Position numbers and translations under genes: made by a program. From Eledone cirrhosa (taxonomy: Eukaryota): a stretch of DNA of 64,000 nt. The stretch's first letter is position 1. Every line of letters begins with the position of its first letter. Of the stretch, positions 39,156-52,433 are shown piece after piece. The DNA is taken from NCBI GenBank assembly GCA_964016885.1, contig OZ024744.1:90706001-90770000 (forward strand). The letters run 5' to 3'. The notes beneath the pieces were generated by a model, which saw only the letters and a program-made list of their open reading frames with translations, did not search any database and had not been told where the DNA came from.

Positions 39156-39235
39156 ATGTATATATGTGTGTATATATATGTATATATATATATTTGTGTC
39201 TGTATATGTATGTATATATAGATAGACCAGGTTTT

Positions 39236-39295
39236 TTTCATTCTGAAGATTGAATGAAAAATTTTTTGCTTTTAAGAAACCACTGGTGAATGGAA
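39236..39295 (+). ncRNA. Family-1 proximal hammerhead (UG)
   Basis: UUUCAUU-CUGAAGA-UUGAAUGAAAAAUUUUUUGCUUUUAA-GAAA-CCACUGG-UG-AAUGGAA. Confidence 0.7.
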
Positions 39296-39405
39296 TAATT
39301 GCCTTATGTTGCTTATTACTTTATTTCTTTACTAATATATATATGTATATGTAAGGTTCATATGAATTATCTAAGACTGAGTTTTACACACACACACATG
39401 AATAT

Positions 39406-39441
<36 letters not shown>

Positions 39442-39637
39442 ATATATATATATTTATATATATGTGTGTATGTATGTATGTATGTATGTATGTGTGTGTG
39501 TGTGTGTTTGTATTTGGTTGTGCGTGTTTATGTTATGTACGTATTTGTATGTGTATAATTGTATACCTATGTATGTATATGTATGTGCGTATGTATGTAT
39601 ACATATATGTGTTAGTGTGTGTGTATGTTTATATTTC

Positions 39638-39691
<54 letters not shown>

Positions 39692-40080
39692 ATAATTGTA
39701 TACGTGTGCGTGTTTTTGCATGTATGTGTATGTATGTGTTTATGTATTTGTATATCTATATTTATGTGCGAGAGTGTGTGTATGTATTTACTATTTCGTA
39801 CGTATGTATACGTGCATTTGTGTGTATTACTTACCACGCGTGTCTGTCCAGTTAGCTGCGTTCTGTATCGCCGTCAAAAATATTTTTATATATATATATA
39901 TATATTTTTTTTCTTATATTTATTTGCGTGTGTGAATATGTAGAGGAGTGCATTTATGTATGTGTATGTACGTGTGTATATATATGTATGATTGTGTGCA
40001 TGTATGTATGTATGTTTATGTATGTGTGTATGGCTATGTTTGTGTATGTGTATGCTTGTACAGATATATATATATATATG

Positions 40081-40540
40081 TACGATATTAAATAAATGGA
40101 AACTATATCTATAAAACCATATTTATTTCATTATATATATTTCAGGGATATCATATTAACAATATGCTATGCCTTCCTCAGACAAAATACAATATAGACA
40201 GTTTTATAGATAAATAGATTTGACATACCGTTCAACATCGACTTGTATTTGAAAAGTTGACTGCCAAATCAACTTTTCAAATACAAGTCGATGTTGAACG
40301 GTATGTCAAATCTATTTATCTATAAAACTGTCTATATTGTATTTTGTCTGAGGAAGGCATAGCATATTGTTAATATGATATCCCTGAAATATATATAATG
40401 AAATAAATATGGTTTTATAGATATAGTTTCCATTTATTTAATATCGTAAATATACTCCAAATACTTGTCGAGTGCTTTTATATCAGTTATAAATATTTAC
40501 TAGTTGTAACCCAACAATTTAAATATAACTTTCCATATTT
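40081..40540. mobile_element. Near-perfect ~180-bp-arm palindrome with hammerheads at 40124-40189 (-) and 40340-40405 (+)
   Basis: Arms 40081-40260 and 40269-40448, with loop CTGCCAAA. Same family as 24937-26552. Confidence 0.85.
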
Positions 40541-40781
40541 ATATATGTATGTATATGTGTGTATGTATGTGTATTTATATTTATGTTTCTATGTGTATGT
40601 ATGTGTGTATATATGTGTGTGTGGTTGTATATATGTATTTGTATGTATGAATGTGTTGATATTTATGTGCGTATGTATATATGTGTTTGTGTGTATTTAT
40701 ACACACATATATGTGTGTATATATGTGTGCGTGTGTGTATGTATGAGTGTATGTATGTGTATATATATATGTATGTATATG

Positions 40782-40834
<53 letters not shown>

Positions 40835-40977
40835 ATGTATGCTTTTGTGTTTTTGTGTGTGTGTTTGCATGTGTAGTTTTATTTTATTTTTCCTTTCCTT
40901 CTTCCTTCTCCAGCCTCACTTTCATATAGATTGCATTTTTGTTCTACAATCCAAATTCAATAAACAGACCAGGATTT

Positions 40978-41037
40978 TTTCATTCTGAGGATTGAAAGCA
41001 AAATCTTTTGCTTTTAAGAAACCACTGGTAAATGGAA
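40978..41037 (+). ncRNA. Family-1 distal hammerhead (canonical core)
   Basis: Identical to 36346-36405. Confidence 0.85.
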
Positions 41038-41250
41038 TAATTGCCTTATGTTGTTTATTACATAACTATTAAGCTCTGTTACCTACATAGAACGCTCTTT
41101 TTTCCTGGACTTTTCCGACGGAATTACTTCATTTATACAGCTCCAACCGGGATTGATTGAAGCATATTCTATATTACATATACGATTGGCACTTTCCAAC
41201 CCGATTAGTTGAGCACTCTACAGTTTTCAGGAATTTAACCAACATACACT

Positions 41251-43568
41251 ATGGATCTTTATGAATTGGATTATTCAATCAAAAATATACCCACTCCTTC
41301 CAACACAACTTATACCAAAATCCTCATAGATAAAATCGAACAAGTCGTTAAAAGAATGAGATGGAAGGCAATGGTTTACGATGGACTATTCAGTGCTGAT
41401 ACTAAAGATTGTTTTGACATCAAATCCCGTAAATATCCACCTAGAATTAAAGACATGGCCAACTTCGAATTAGACCTTGTTAATCTAATTAGTGATATCA
41501 AATTTCGTAAGTACAATAATAACTTTCAAACTAAACTATCTAACGATATTTCTAATTTTAAAAATTCTACAAACACTTTTGTTCTTTCTGATAAAACTAA
41601 AAATCTCTTTGAAGTTAATAGTACTTTGTATAACCAACTTTTAACTAATAGTATTACCAATAAATATCAATTAACTAATAATTGTTTCTATTTTAGGCAC
41701 AAGGCCAGCAATTTCACCAGTACATTACTGGTACTTTATTTTATCGACCCCGTAAGGATGAAAGGCAAAGTTAACCTCGGCGGGATTTGAACTCAGATCA
41801 TAAAGGGACGTAACTCTATGCTTCAAAGCATGGCGTCCGACTCTCTACCGATACTGCCAATCCATCAATTAACTAATAATAATACCTACAATACTATCAA
41901 TAAAGAAGCTAAAGAACTAGCTAGTTCTTTACAAATAGATAACCGGATTGAATCCCTAGCTAAGCGTAAAGTATATATTACCCTTAAAGACCATAAATTG
42001 GACTTTACTAATCGACCTAGTTGTAGATTGATTAACGCGGCTAAATCCGAGGTTGGCCTTGGAAGTAAGAAAATCTTAAGAAAAATAATTCTCCAAATTA
42101 GAACTAACACTGACCTATCACAGTGCCTAAATACTTCCTCTGTTATTTCTTGGTTCAATAATATACAAGGTAAAAATAAGTGTAGATTTACCCAATTTGA
42201 TATTGTCGATTTTTACCCATCTATTACTGTTTCCTTATTAACTAATGCCTTAGATTTTGCAAGACCTTTCATTAATATTTCTAAATTAGAAGAAATTATA
42301 TTTCATGCTAGAAACACTTTACGCTTTACTAATGATAATATTTGGGTTAAAAAGTCAAACCCTGAAAACTCTTTTGATGTTGCAATGCGGATGTGTGTGA
42401 CTTAGTAGGATTATTCCTTCTCCACACCCTCAAAGAGAAATTTCCGTCCCATAATATCGGTTTATACCGTGATGACGGATTAGCAGTTTCTCATACCACC
42501 AACGCCATAACTTTGATAAATTCCGTAAAGATTTAATCAATACTTTTGTTAACCTTAACCTTAAAATCACTATAGATACGAACCTTACTAATGCTAACTT
42601 TCTTGATATTAATCTTGATCTACTTACCGCCTCTTTTAAACCCTATCATAAACCTAATGAAAATCTTAGGTATATACACAAAGAGTCTTGCCATCCCCCT
42701 ATAGTTTTTAATAATCTTATTCCTAACATTAGCCGTAGGATTTCTACCTTATCTTCGTCTATAGACATTTTTAATAAAGCCGCCCCTTATTATAATAAAG
42801 CCCTTAAGAACAGCGGTTTTACAGAAAACATTTCTTATTTACCTACCCCCCCCCCCCCCCCCTAAAAATAACCACAATAACAGGAAAAGGAAGATTATTT
42901 GGTTCACACCCCCCTTCTCTCTAACTGTCAAAACTAATGTAAGAAGGAAATTCCTTGAACTATTAGACAAACATTTTCCTCCTAATCATAGATATTATAA
43001 CATATTTAATAGGAACGTACTTAAGATCAGCTACTCTTGTTGCCCATCTATGAAGTCCAAAATCACCAGTTCAAACCATACGAGAATAAATCCAGGATGC
43101 AGTTGCAGGAAGCCGGATGAATGCCCATTGCAGGGTAAATGTAACACCAAATCTGTTGTTTATGAGGCTAAGATAACACCGGTAATCAACAACCAGCCAG
43201 CCAGGAGTGAGCTATATGTCGGTATGACCCAGGACAGGTTTAAAACCAGATTTTACTCACATGTCGCTTCTTTTAAGCACTCCGATAAACGAACATCAAC
43301 GGCCCTCGCAAGTAAGGTGTGGGAACTCAAGGATAGTAACATCCCGTACTCTATTGATTGGTCTATATTAGACCATTCGAGGGAGTACCAAAGGGGCACA
43401 AAGAATTGTTCTTTGTGTACCACAGAAAAGTATAGGATTTTGCTAAACTTGAGAGCCACTTCCGCTTGCCTTAACTCAAAGACTGAGATCTTCAGATGCT
43501 GTCCTCATCTGAAATCGCATCTGATCTGTAACTGGATTGACACTCCTATGATAAATCAACCGCCTTGA
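41251..43568 (+). pseudogene. Nematis-type RT-GIY-YIG ORF, copy C (SINE at ~41683-41863)
   Basis: Same motifs and same lesions as copy B. Confidence 0.9.
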
Positions 43569-43756
43569 ACTCCTTTCTCTGCTCTTTACTTCTGCTACGG
43601 TTTTTTTTTGCTGAATCTACGTTCTGTACTCTTGTATATTTATTTTTTTCTCCCTTACCTCCGCTTATATTTCACCTTTTCCTATGCCCCCCCCCCCCCC
43701 CCATATATTCTTTTTGCCTTGCCCTTCACATACCTATGTGTATGTGTATGTATATT

Positions 43757-43843
<87 letters not shown>

Positions 43844-43923
43844 ATGTATATATGTGTGTATATATATGTATATATATATATTTGTGTGTGTATATGTATG
43901 TATATATAGATAGACCAGGTTTT

Positions 43924-43983
43924 TTTCATTCTGAAGATTGAAGGAAACATTTTTTGCTTTTAAGAAACCACTGGTGAATGGAA
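43924..43983 (+). ncRNA. Family-1 proximal hammerhead (UG)
   Basis: CUGAAGA...GAAA-CCACUGG-UG. Confidence 0.7.
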
Positions 43984-44089
43984 TAATTGCCTTATGTTGC
44001 TTATTACTTTATTACTTTACTAATATATATATGTATATGTAAGGTTCATATGAATTATCTAAGACTGAGTTTTACACACACACACATGA

Positions 44090-44174
<85 letters not shown>

Positions 44175-44579
44175 TGTATGTATGTATGTATGTATGTATG
44201 TTTATATTTATGTATATATATATATATGTGTGTGTGTATTACATATACATATGTGTGTGTATAATTGTATACGTGTGCGTGTTTGTGCATGTATGTGTAT
44301 GTATGTGTTTATGTATTTGTATATGTATATTTATGTGCGAGAGTGTGTGTATGTATTTACTATTTCGTACGTATGTATACGTGCATTTGTGCATGTATGT
44401 ATGTATGTTTATGTATGTGTGTATGGCTATGTTTGTGTATGTGTATGCTTGTACAGATATATATATATATATATATGTATGTATATGTGTGTATGTATGT
44501 GTATTTATATTTATGTTTCTATGTGTATGTATGTGTGTATATATGTATTTGTAATAATAATAACATTATATCACATAAC

Positions 44580-45761
44580 ATGGCCATGAATGGGAGTAGC
44601 AAATATAGTAACCGTAGAATTTATATAGGAGTATCTGAACCCATCCATAAGTTAACCCACCGGACTCGTAATAGCAAATATAATACCTCTAAGAGACAAG
44701 TCGAACCCCCTGTGCGCTCACGCAATGGTGTTGGTTTTGCTGGATCTTATTCTAATAATGTTGCTCCTACTGATCCTATCATTGGCCTTAATCCTCTTGT
44801 AGGGATTCCGGACAACAGTAGATCTACTGGAGGTAGAAACTATAATAGACATAACGAAATTATGGCTGATTCTATGAATGTGGCTTCAACTAATCCTGAT
44901 AGTAACCCTAGTCTCGACGGTGGGACATTTGATAGAGGTAGGGTCGGTAAGAATAAAAATAAAAATAGAAGGCGATTAAATACTTATTTCAACCCGCCAT
45001 ATAATCAGGACGTATCAACTAATATCCCTAGGTCTTTCTTCACTATCTTAGAGAAAAATTTCCCCCCTTCTCACAAATACCATGGTATTTTTAATAAAAA
45101 TGTTATTAAACTCTCATTCTCTACCACCCCTAATATTAGTTCTCATTTAGCTAGCACTAATAATAGGAAAATTAGGGATGGATTCTCCTCTCTACATACT
45201 ACTAGTCTGAACGGATCTGACAATGCTTTACCACCAGAACAGTCCTTATCTAATAGAGGTCCTACGTGTAATACATCACCACTCGAGCCAACCAATAACA
45301 CCCGGAAGTGCAATTGTAGAGTGAGTGCTAACTGCCATCTAAACGGTAACTGCCTTTCTAAGAAGATTGTCTACGCTTGCGAGGTTATAACTAATTCCTC
45401 TAAAAGAACGTATATAGGATCTACTTCAAACACTTTTAAGACTAGGTTTAACTCTCATATCTCTAACTTCAAACATGTTAGGTTTAAGAATTCTACCTCT
45501 TTAGCGCATTATATCTGGGATCTTAAGGGGGCTTATATACCATATAGCCTTAACTGGAGTTTAGTAGCACGATCTAACCACTTTTCTGTACATAGTAAGT
45601 TTTGTAATCTCTGTATACTTGAGACACACTCTATTACTTTCTCTAGCGTACCCTTACTGAATAGAAAGTCTGAGATATTCTCTTCTTGCCCCCATGCCAT
45701 TTCTAATTCTTATTTTTATTATAAACCCAAATGTTCTAGTAGTACAAATTGTAGCCATTAG
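44580..45761 (+). CDS. N-rich linker + GIY-YIG endonuclease (no RT)
   Basis: YFNPPY, CNC..CHLNGNC, IVY..YIGST, CNLC..E, LNRKSE..CPH. Confidence 0.7.
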   Translation: MAMNGSSKYSNRRIYIGVSEPIHKLTHRTRNSKYNTSKRQVEPPVRSRNGVGFAGSYSNNVAPTDPIIGLNPLVGIPDNSRSTGGRNYNRHNEIMADSMNVASTNPDSNPSLDGGTFDRGRVGKNKNKNRRRLNTYFNPPYNQDVSTNIPRSFFTILEKNFPPSHKYHGIFNKNVIKLSFSTTPNISSHLASTNNRKIRDGFSSLHTTSLNGSDNALPPEQSLSNRGPTCNTSPLEPTNNTRKCNCRVSANCHLNGNCLSKKIVYACEVITNSSKRTYIGSTSNTFKTRFNSHISNFKHVRFKNSTSLAHYIWDLKGAYIPYSLNWSLVARSNHFSVHSKFCNLCILETHSITFSSVPLLNRKSEIFSSCPHAISNSYFYYKPKCSSSTNCSH

Positions 45762-47269
45762 CAGATATATTCCATTACTTAGTTTTTTGTTTGGGTTCTT
45801 TTGTTTGCCAACATTAATGTTATCATCATTATCAGTCAGTTTTTTAGATATCATTGCGTATATGATAGTATAAAATTTTCATTCCTTTTTGTAAACATTT
45901 GTAACGATACATTAAAGTTTATATACTTTAATGACTTAAACTACAGCTAATATTATACTACCTTATTGGACGGGTTCGATATTTTTAATATTAATTTATC
46001 AAATAGGGTTTGGAGTCAATTAAAAAGATTGTTTTCCTTAGTGTTTACCTAATTTCTTAAATGCACGCGAGGCCTAAGTGTGTATATATTTGCTTTTGTT
46101 TTGTAATTTCCGGTTGATTGTATTTATTTATTTTATTCTATATTCGATTTACTATTCACTGTCTGGCTTTGCTTACACATCCACATATGTCTGTCTACTA
46201 ACCTGTCTGGCTTCGCTCACTCATCCACATATGTCTGTCTACTAACCTTGTAATTATAAGTATTTATATATTTTATGCCAATTTATAATATATTATATTA
46301 TATTGTATTGTAATATTGATCCTTATTACTTACTGTTCATTATATGTAACATTATGATATTTAAACTTTATATATCATGTGAGATGTCTGGATTTTTGTA
46401 ATATTGTAATATTGATCCTTATTACTTACTGTTCATTATATGTAACATTATGATATTTAGACTTTACATATCATGTTAGATGTCTGTATATTTTTTCTGT
46501 AACATCATAATTTTTCCCTGTACCATTATAGTGTTTTTTGAGTATTATATAATTTATTTTTCCTTATTTATTCTGTAACCCAGTATGAATCGATTTGTAT
46601 ATATTATTTATGGTAAATGTTAGTACATTGTTAACGTATTATCATTGTATTTTATTGTGACATCTATATTGTTTCTGTAAATTAACCGGGGATTATCTAT
46701 TTTATTATATTATATTGAATTATATAATTTTGTTGTTTAGTATTTGTTATATGTGTTTCTTGTAATTATATCATATTATTGCCTCATGTATATTGGGTAG
46801 ATGTATTAGTATTATTTTCACTCTTATCATGCTTATTTTTAATATTCAAACTTCTAATAGGGCTTAATTTTGTGTAGTGGAACATAGATGTGTGTGTTGT
46901 TATATATGTGTGTGTGTGTGTGCGCACATATATACATGTATATATTGTACCTTTTGATTTTTAATTTGTAATTTTAATGTTGGTAAAAGTATATTATTAT
47001 TATAATGTATTATATTGTGTTATATATAATTCCTGCTCTATATAACCAAATTTGTTTAGATTTAGGTTAGTTGCTTTGGACTATATTTGTAATATGGTTC
47101 TTAATGTTATCTACATCCTTAGTTATTCTTATTATATATTTTTATTATTTTTATTTTTATTTTCATTTTTATTATCATATATTTTTGTAAGACATTAGTG
47201 TATGTACACTCCATATTCTTCAGAGTTTCTGGCTTGTATCTGCCGATATTACCTCTTGTTGTTTTGATT

Positions 47270-47307
47270 GCCCTGATGAGTCCTTAATAGGACGAAACAT
47301 TGTCGGC
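47270..47307 (+). ncRNA. Canonical type I hammerhead
   Basis: GCC-CUGAUGA-GUCC(UUAAUA)GGAC-GAAA-CAUUG-UC-GGC, then AATAAA. Confidence 0.92.
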
Positions 47308-47699
47308 TAATAAAAACTTTTGATGTATTAAAGGATTCTTTGTTTTACTCTCTTAATATATGTATTTGTATGTATGAATGTGTTGATATTTATGTGCGTA
47401 TGTATATATGTGTTTGTGTGTATTTATACACACATATATGTGTGTATATATGTGTGCGTGTGTGTATGTATGAGTGTATGTATGTGTATATATATGTATA
47501 TGTATATGTATGTATATATATATATATAGATATATATGTGTGTGTGTGTGTGTGTATGTATGCTTTTGTGTTTTTGTGTGTGTGTTTGCATGTGTAGTTT
47601 TATTTTATTTTTCCTTTCCTTCTTCCTTCTCCAGCCTCACTTTCATATAGATTGCATTTTTATTTTTAAAATCCAAATTCAATAAACAGACCAGGATTT

Positions 47700-47759
47700 T
47701 TTCATTCTGAGGATTGAAAGCAAAATCTTTTGCTTTTAAGAAACCACTGGTAAATGGAA
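47700..47759 (+). ncRNA. Family-1 distal hammerhead (canonical core)
   Basis: Identical to 36346-36405. Confidence 0.85.
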
Positions 47760-47851
47760 TAATTGCCTTATGTTGTTTATTACATAACTATTAAGCTCTG
47801 TTACCTACATAGAGCACTCTTTTTTCCTGGACTTTTCCGACGGAATTACTT

Positions 47852-47908
<57 letters not shown>

Positions 47909-49850
47909 TGTGTGCGTATGAAAAACTCCTAGGAGTCGAAGTATCTAGGATATGAAGTATAAAAATATTGACTCGGTTTATACTGTAGTATGTGTTGATG
48001 TCTGTTGCTATTTAGATTCGGTACAATCATGATCTTAGAAGGGAATGTCAACCCCTTGTAACCAACACCATATTTTTTCAGCAAATAGTGTCTTGGATCT
48101 ATAACGGAATACTCCTATGTTTTACCGGCGAAGATTCGAAACCGAATCTGAGGTTTCTCGCCTCTGGGATCACCCATTATTGGAAAGTTTCCCACCGTTG
48201 TCCTGTCAAGTCAACGATGATAAACGTACATACTACTTGACCTGTGATCCCAGCTTCCTGGGAGACGATATCCACATGGCTGATCATAAATCAACCTCAT
48301 ATACACATCCTTCTAGCTATAGCACTTTTATAAATACAAGGAGTTAAGGAATGTAAGAACCAGAGAGACTGAAGCAAGCAGTCCGTGCTAAGGTTAACGA
48401 TATAGCGGACCAGGTAGCAGACGATGTAGTAAGGCCAAGAGAGAGATAGAGTGAAACTCTGTCTCTCTCCTGGCCTTACTGGCTTCACCTTCTCGGCCAC
48501 AGACACAGCCAGACACGAAGAAGCAGTCCTTGAGAAGAATAATGTATTCTAAGAATAGGCACACACAAACATATCGTGCAATGGCCATACTCGATAACGA
48601 GGGGGCAGCCATCATATATATACGTGGGACCCCATTTGCTCACCATACAGAGAGATGGGGAGGGCGAGAGAGATGGAGGCGATGACAGTGGGAGTTCGGC
48701 TCTTCCACGTTCGGACCATATCTTTGTGGGTTTTTTAAATTTTAGTCTTTTGACATTTATTTACAATAGTTTATAACTTTGCCTATTAATCCGTATGGTG
48801 AGCAAATGGGGTCCCATGTGCTGGCCTCCCCACAGCCCCGCTGGACAGGATGGAGAAGGCGTTTCCCCGGAGGATGGTAAGGGAGATGTGCTTGAAGAGC
48901 CATTCCAACTCGCGAGGCTCACACCTGCTGGTGGTTAGCTCAGCGCCAATGGTGGTGAATAGGGAGGTAGCCCTAGGGCCAAAGACACTAGGGCACGACC
49001 GCGAAGAGTTTATCTTATTGTCACATGTTGTAGTTATGTTATTAGTCTATTACTTGTTCCTAATATTTAAAACTCAAAGTAATAATCGTTAAAATCATAA
49101 TATTTATCTAATTTCACATTCCTCCTTAACGTACACTTACAATTTTTCAAAAACAAACCCCCCAAAAATAAAATAAAAATAAATAATTATAAATGGTGAG
49201 GAACTGGCACTAGCTTCACAAGAAGAGATAACACATGGCACCATCCCATCTCCCTCTTGAAATAACCTGAATCTATTTATAGTTAGGTGTGACTGAAACA
49301 TCAATCCTCATTCCATTTTATTTCACAGCATATACGTGGATTGTATTTGCAATAAACTATGTCCAGGTGAATCTACCCGAAAATTACGTTAGGGTATACG
49401 TGTCTGTGGAATCGTCAGCCACATACACGGCCAGTCTGCAGTCTTTTCACAAACTGTGTCCCATTGAATCTACTTGAAAACTGTGTTAATTGTACAGGTT
49501 GCTGTTAAAATAAAAAAAACAAATACTCAGTTACCTACACGTTCATTACACAAGCAGACTGTTATGTTGATCAAACAAACAACTGGAATATTCATCGTCG
49601 AAACCGACGGAGGTCCATTAATTTTTTTTTTTTTTTTTTTTTCTTTAAAATCTCCATTTTATTTCGCCAATTAGACAGTTTTCTACCAGATTAATTGAAA
49701 TACCATTTACATAAGTCTTGTGCATCTGGTGCAATGTGCACACTGATTTGGCAGTCGACTTTTTTTTATTAGTGCTTATACTATACAAACAATGTATTTG
49801 CTGAAGTGTGACTAAGTGCAATGTCCAATAATTAGCCTGTTTATGCCTTT

Positions 49851-49993
49851 TATCATCATCATCATCATCGTCATCATCATCATAATCATCATCACGGTCG
49901 CCGTCATCATCATCATCATCATCATCATCACTCTCATCATCATCATTGTCATCATCATCATCATCATCATCATCGTCATCGTCAGCATCGTCG

Positions 49994-50052
<59 letters not shown>

Positions 50053-50439
50053 TTCATCATCATCATCATTAACATCATCATCGGTAGATTGCCAGTTTCG
50101 GTAGAGCGTCGGACACCATGTTTTGCAGCATAGAGCTACGGCCCTTTACAGTCAGTTCAAATCCCGCCGAGGTTAACTTCGCCTTTCATCCTTGCGGGGC
50201 TCGATAAAATATAGTACCAGTAACGTACTGGGGTAATTGCTGGCCTTGTGCCTAAAGTAGAAAGAATCATCGTCTTCTTCATCTTCATCATCATCAACAT
50301 CATCATCATCACCATCATCATTACCATTATCATCATCATCATCATCATCATTACCATCATCATTACCATCATCCTTATCATCACCATCATCATCATCATC
50401 ATCATCATCATTACCAGCATTATCATTGTCATCATCATT

Positions 50440-50473
<34 letters not shown>

Positions 50474-50511
50474 ACATCATCATCATCATCACCATCATCA
50501 TTATCATCACC
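49851..50511. repeat. (CAT)n tracts interrupted by a MetaSINE-like copy (~50083-50265, +)
   Basis: Direct reading. SINE B box GTTCAAATCC and Meta-like core. Confidence 0.85.
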
Positions 50512-50690
50512 ATACAGACATACATACATATATACATACATACATTCAGGAAGCACACAATTCAAGGACACAACGCGCTCAACCTTACGATTATGAGCCG
50601 AATACCCTAACCGCAAAGCCATGTGCCTTCATATATATATATATATAAATATATATGAAGGCACACATATATATATATATATATATGAAG

Positions 50691-50826
<136 letters not shown>

Positions 50827-50980
50827 ATACTTTGGGTGGGTCATGTTGCCAATAAGAGACACACGCACCAGTTTCTTTCACTTCAATTTATTATAATAAA
50901 TTTATATTAAATTTATAAATTTATAAATTTCTGGTTGGTTGGTTGGTTCCACAACCAGATAGTTGTTTATATATAGTCAT

Positions 50981-51025
50981 AGTCATAGTTCTTTCGTCAC
51001 ACACTCTGTGACCTCTTCAGTGACT
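50981..51025 (-). ncRNA. Minimal type I hammerhead within inverted-repeat insert 50820-51220
   Basis: AGUCA-CUGAAGA-G-GUCACA(GAGUG)UGUGAC-GAAA-GAAC-UA-UGACU. Confidence 0.75.
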
Positions 51026-51217
51026 GGGGATTCCTTTCTTTGTTTCTGTGCCTCTCCTTTGTTCTGTCCTACGCCATTTTGTTTCTGAAACAAAATGGCG
51101 TAGGACAGAACAAAGGAGTGTGTTTCTTATTGGCAACATGACCCTCCCAAAGTATAACAATATCGGTTTCAACACACGATTTCAGATAAAGAATCTTGCT
51201 AAACAAATTCAGAAACG

Positions 51218-52300
<1,083 letters not shown>

Positions 52301-52395
52301 GTAGAACACTGGAAGGTAATATCCGTAGCGGTAGAGCACTCAGTCCATGGGACGAGTTAGGTAGAAGTGGTTACACAACAGTTAGTTCACCATAT

Positions 52396-52433
52396 TGAGC
52401 ACAATTGTTTCACCTTAGCGGATCCTCAGCTCG
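52396..52433 (-). ncRNA. Minimal hammerhead (UG variant)
   Basis: CGAG-CUGAGGA-UCCGCUAAGGU-GAAA-CAAUUG-UG-CUCA. Confidence 0.65.

Larger units (their letters stand above)
44554..47355 (+). mobile_element. Nested 5'-truncated Nematis-type PLE (different family)
   Basis: Open linker + GIY-YIG frame, ~1.5-kb AT-rich UTR and a terminal hammerhead. ATATATGTATTTGTA occurs on both flanks. Confidence 0.85.
31965..47852 (+). mobile_element. Nematis-type PLE family 1, plus-strand tandem arm (fragments - pLTR - copy B - pLTR - copy C - pLTR)
   Basis: Near-identical ORF sets at 36619-38930 and 41251-43568. The last pLTR stops at ...GGAATTACTTCA (47852) before (CA)n(TA)n. Confidence 0.9.

Noticed and set aside
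47950-48820. Possible solo LTR, with a 28-bp inverted repeat at 48622-48650 / 48793-48820
   Set aside because: No clear TG..CA ends, TSD, PBS or partner LTR could be established.
49812-50622. Poly-M, poly-I and poly-D ORFs
   Set aside because: (CAT)n microsatellite plus antisense SINE read-through.
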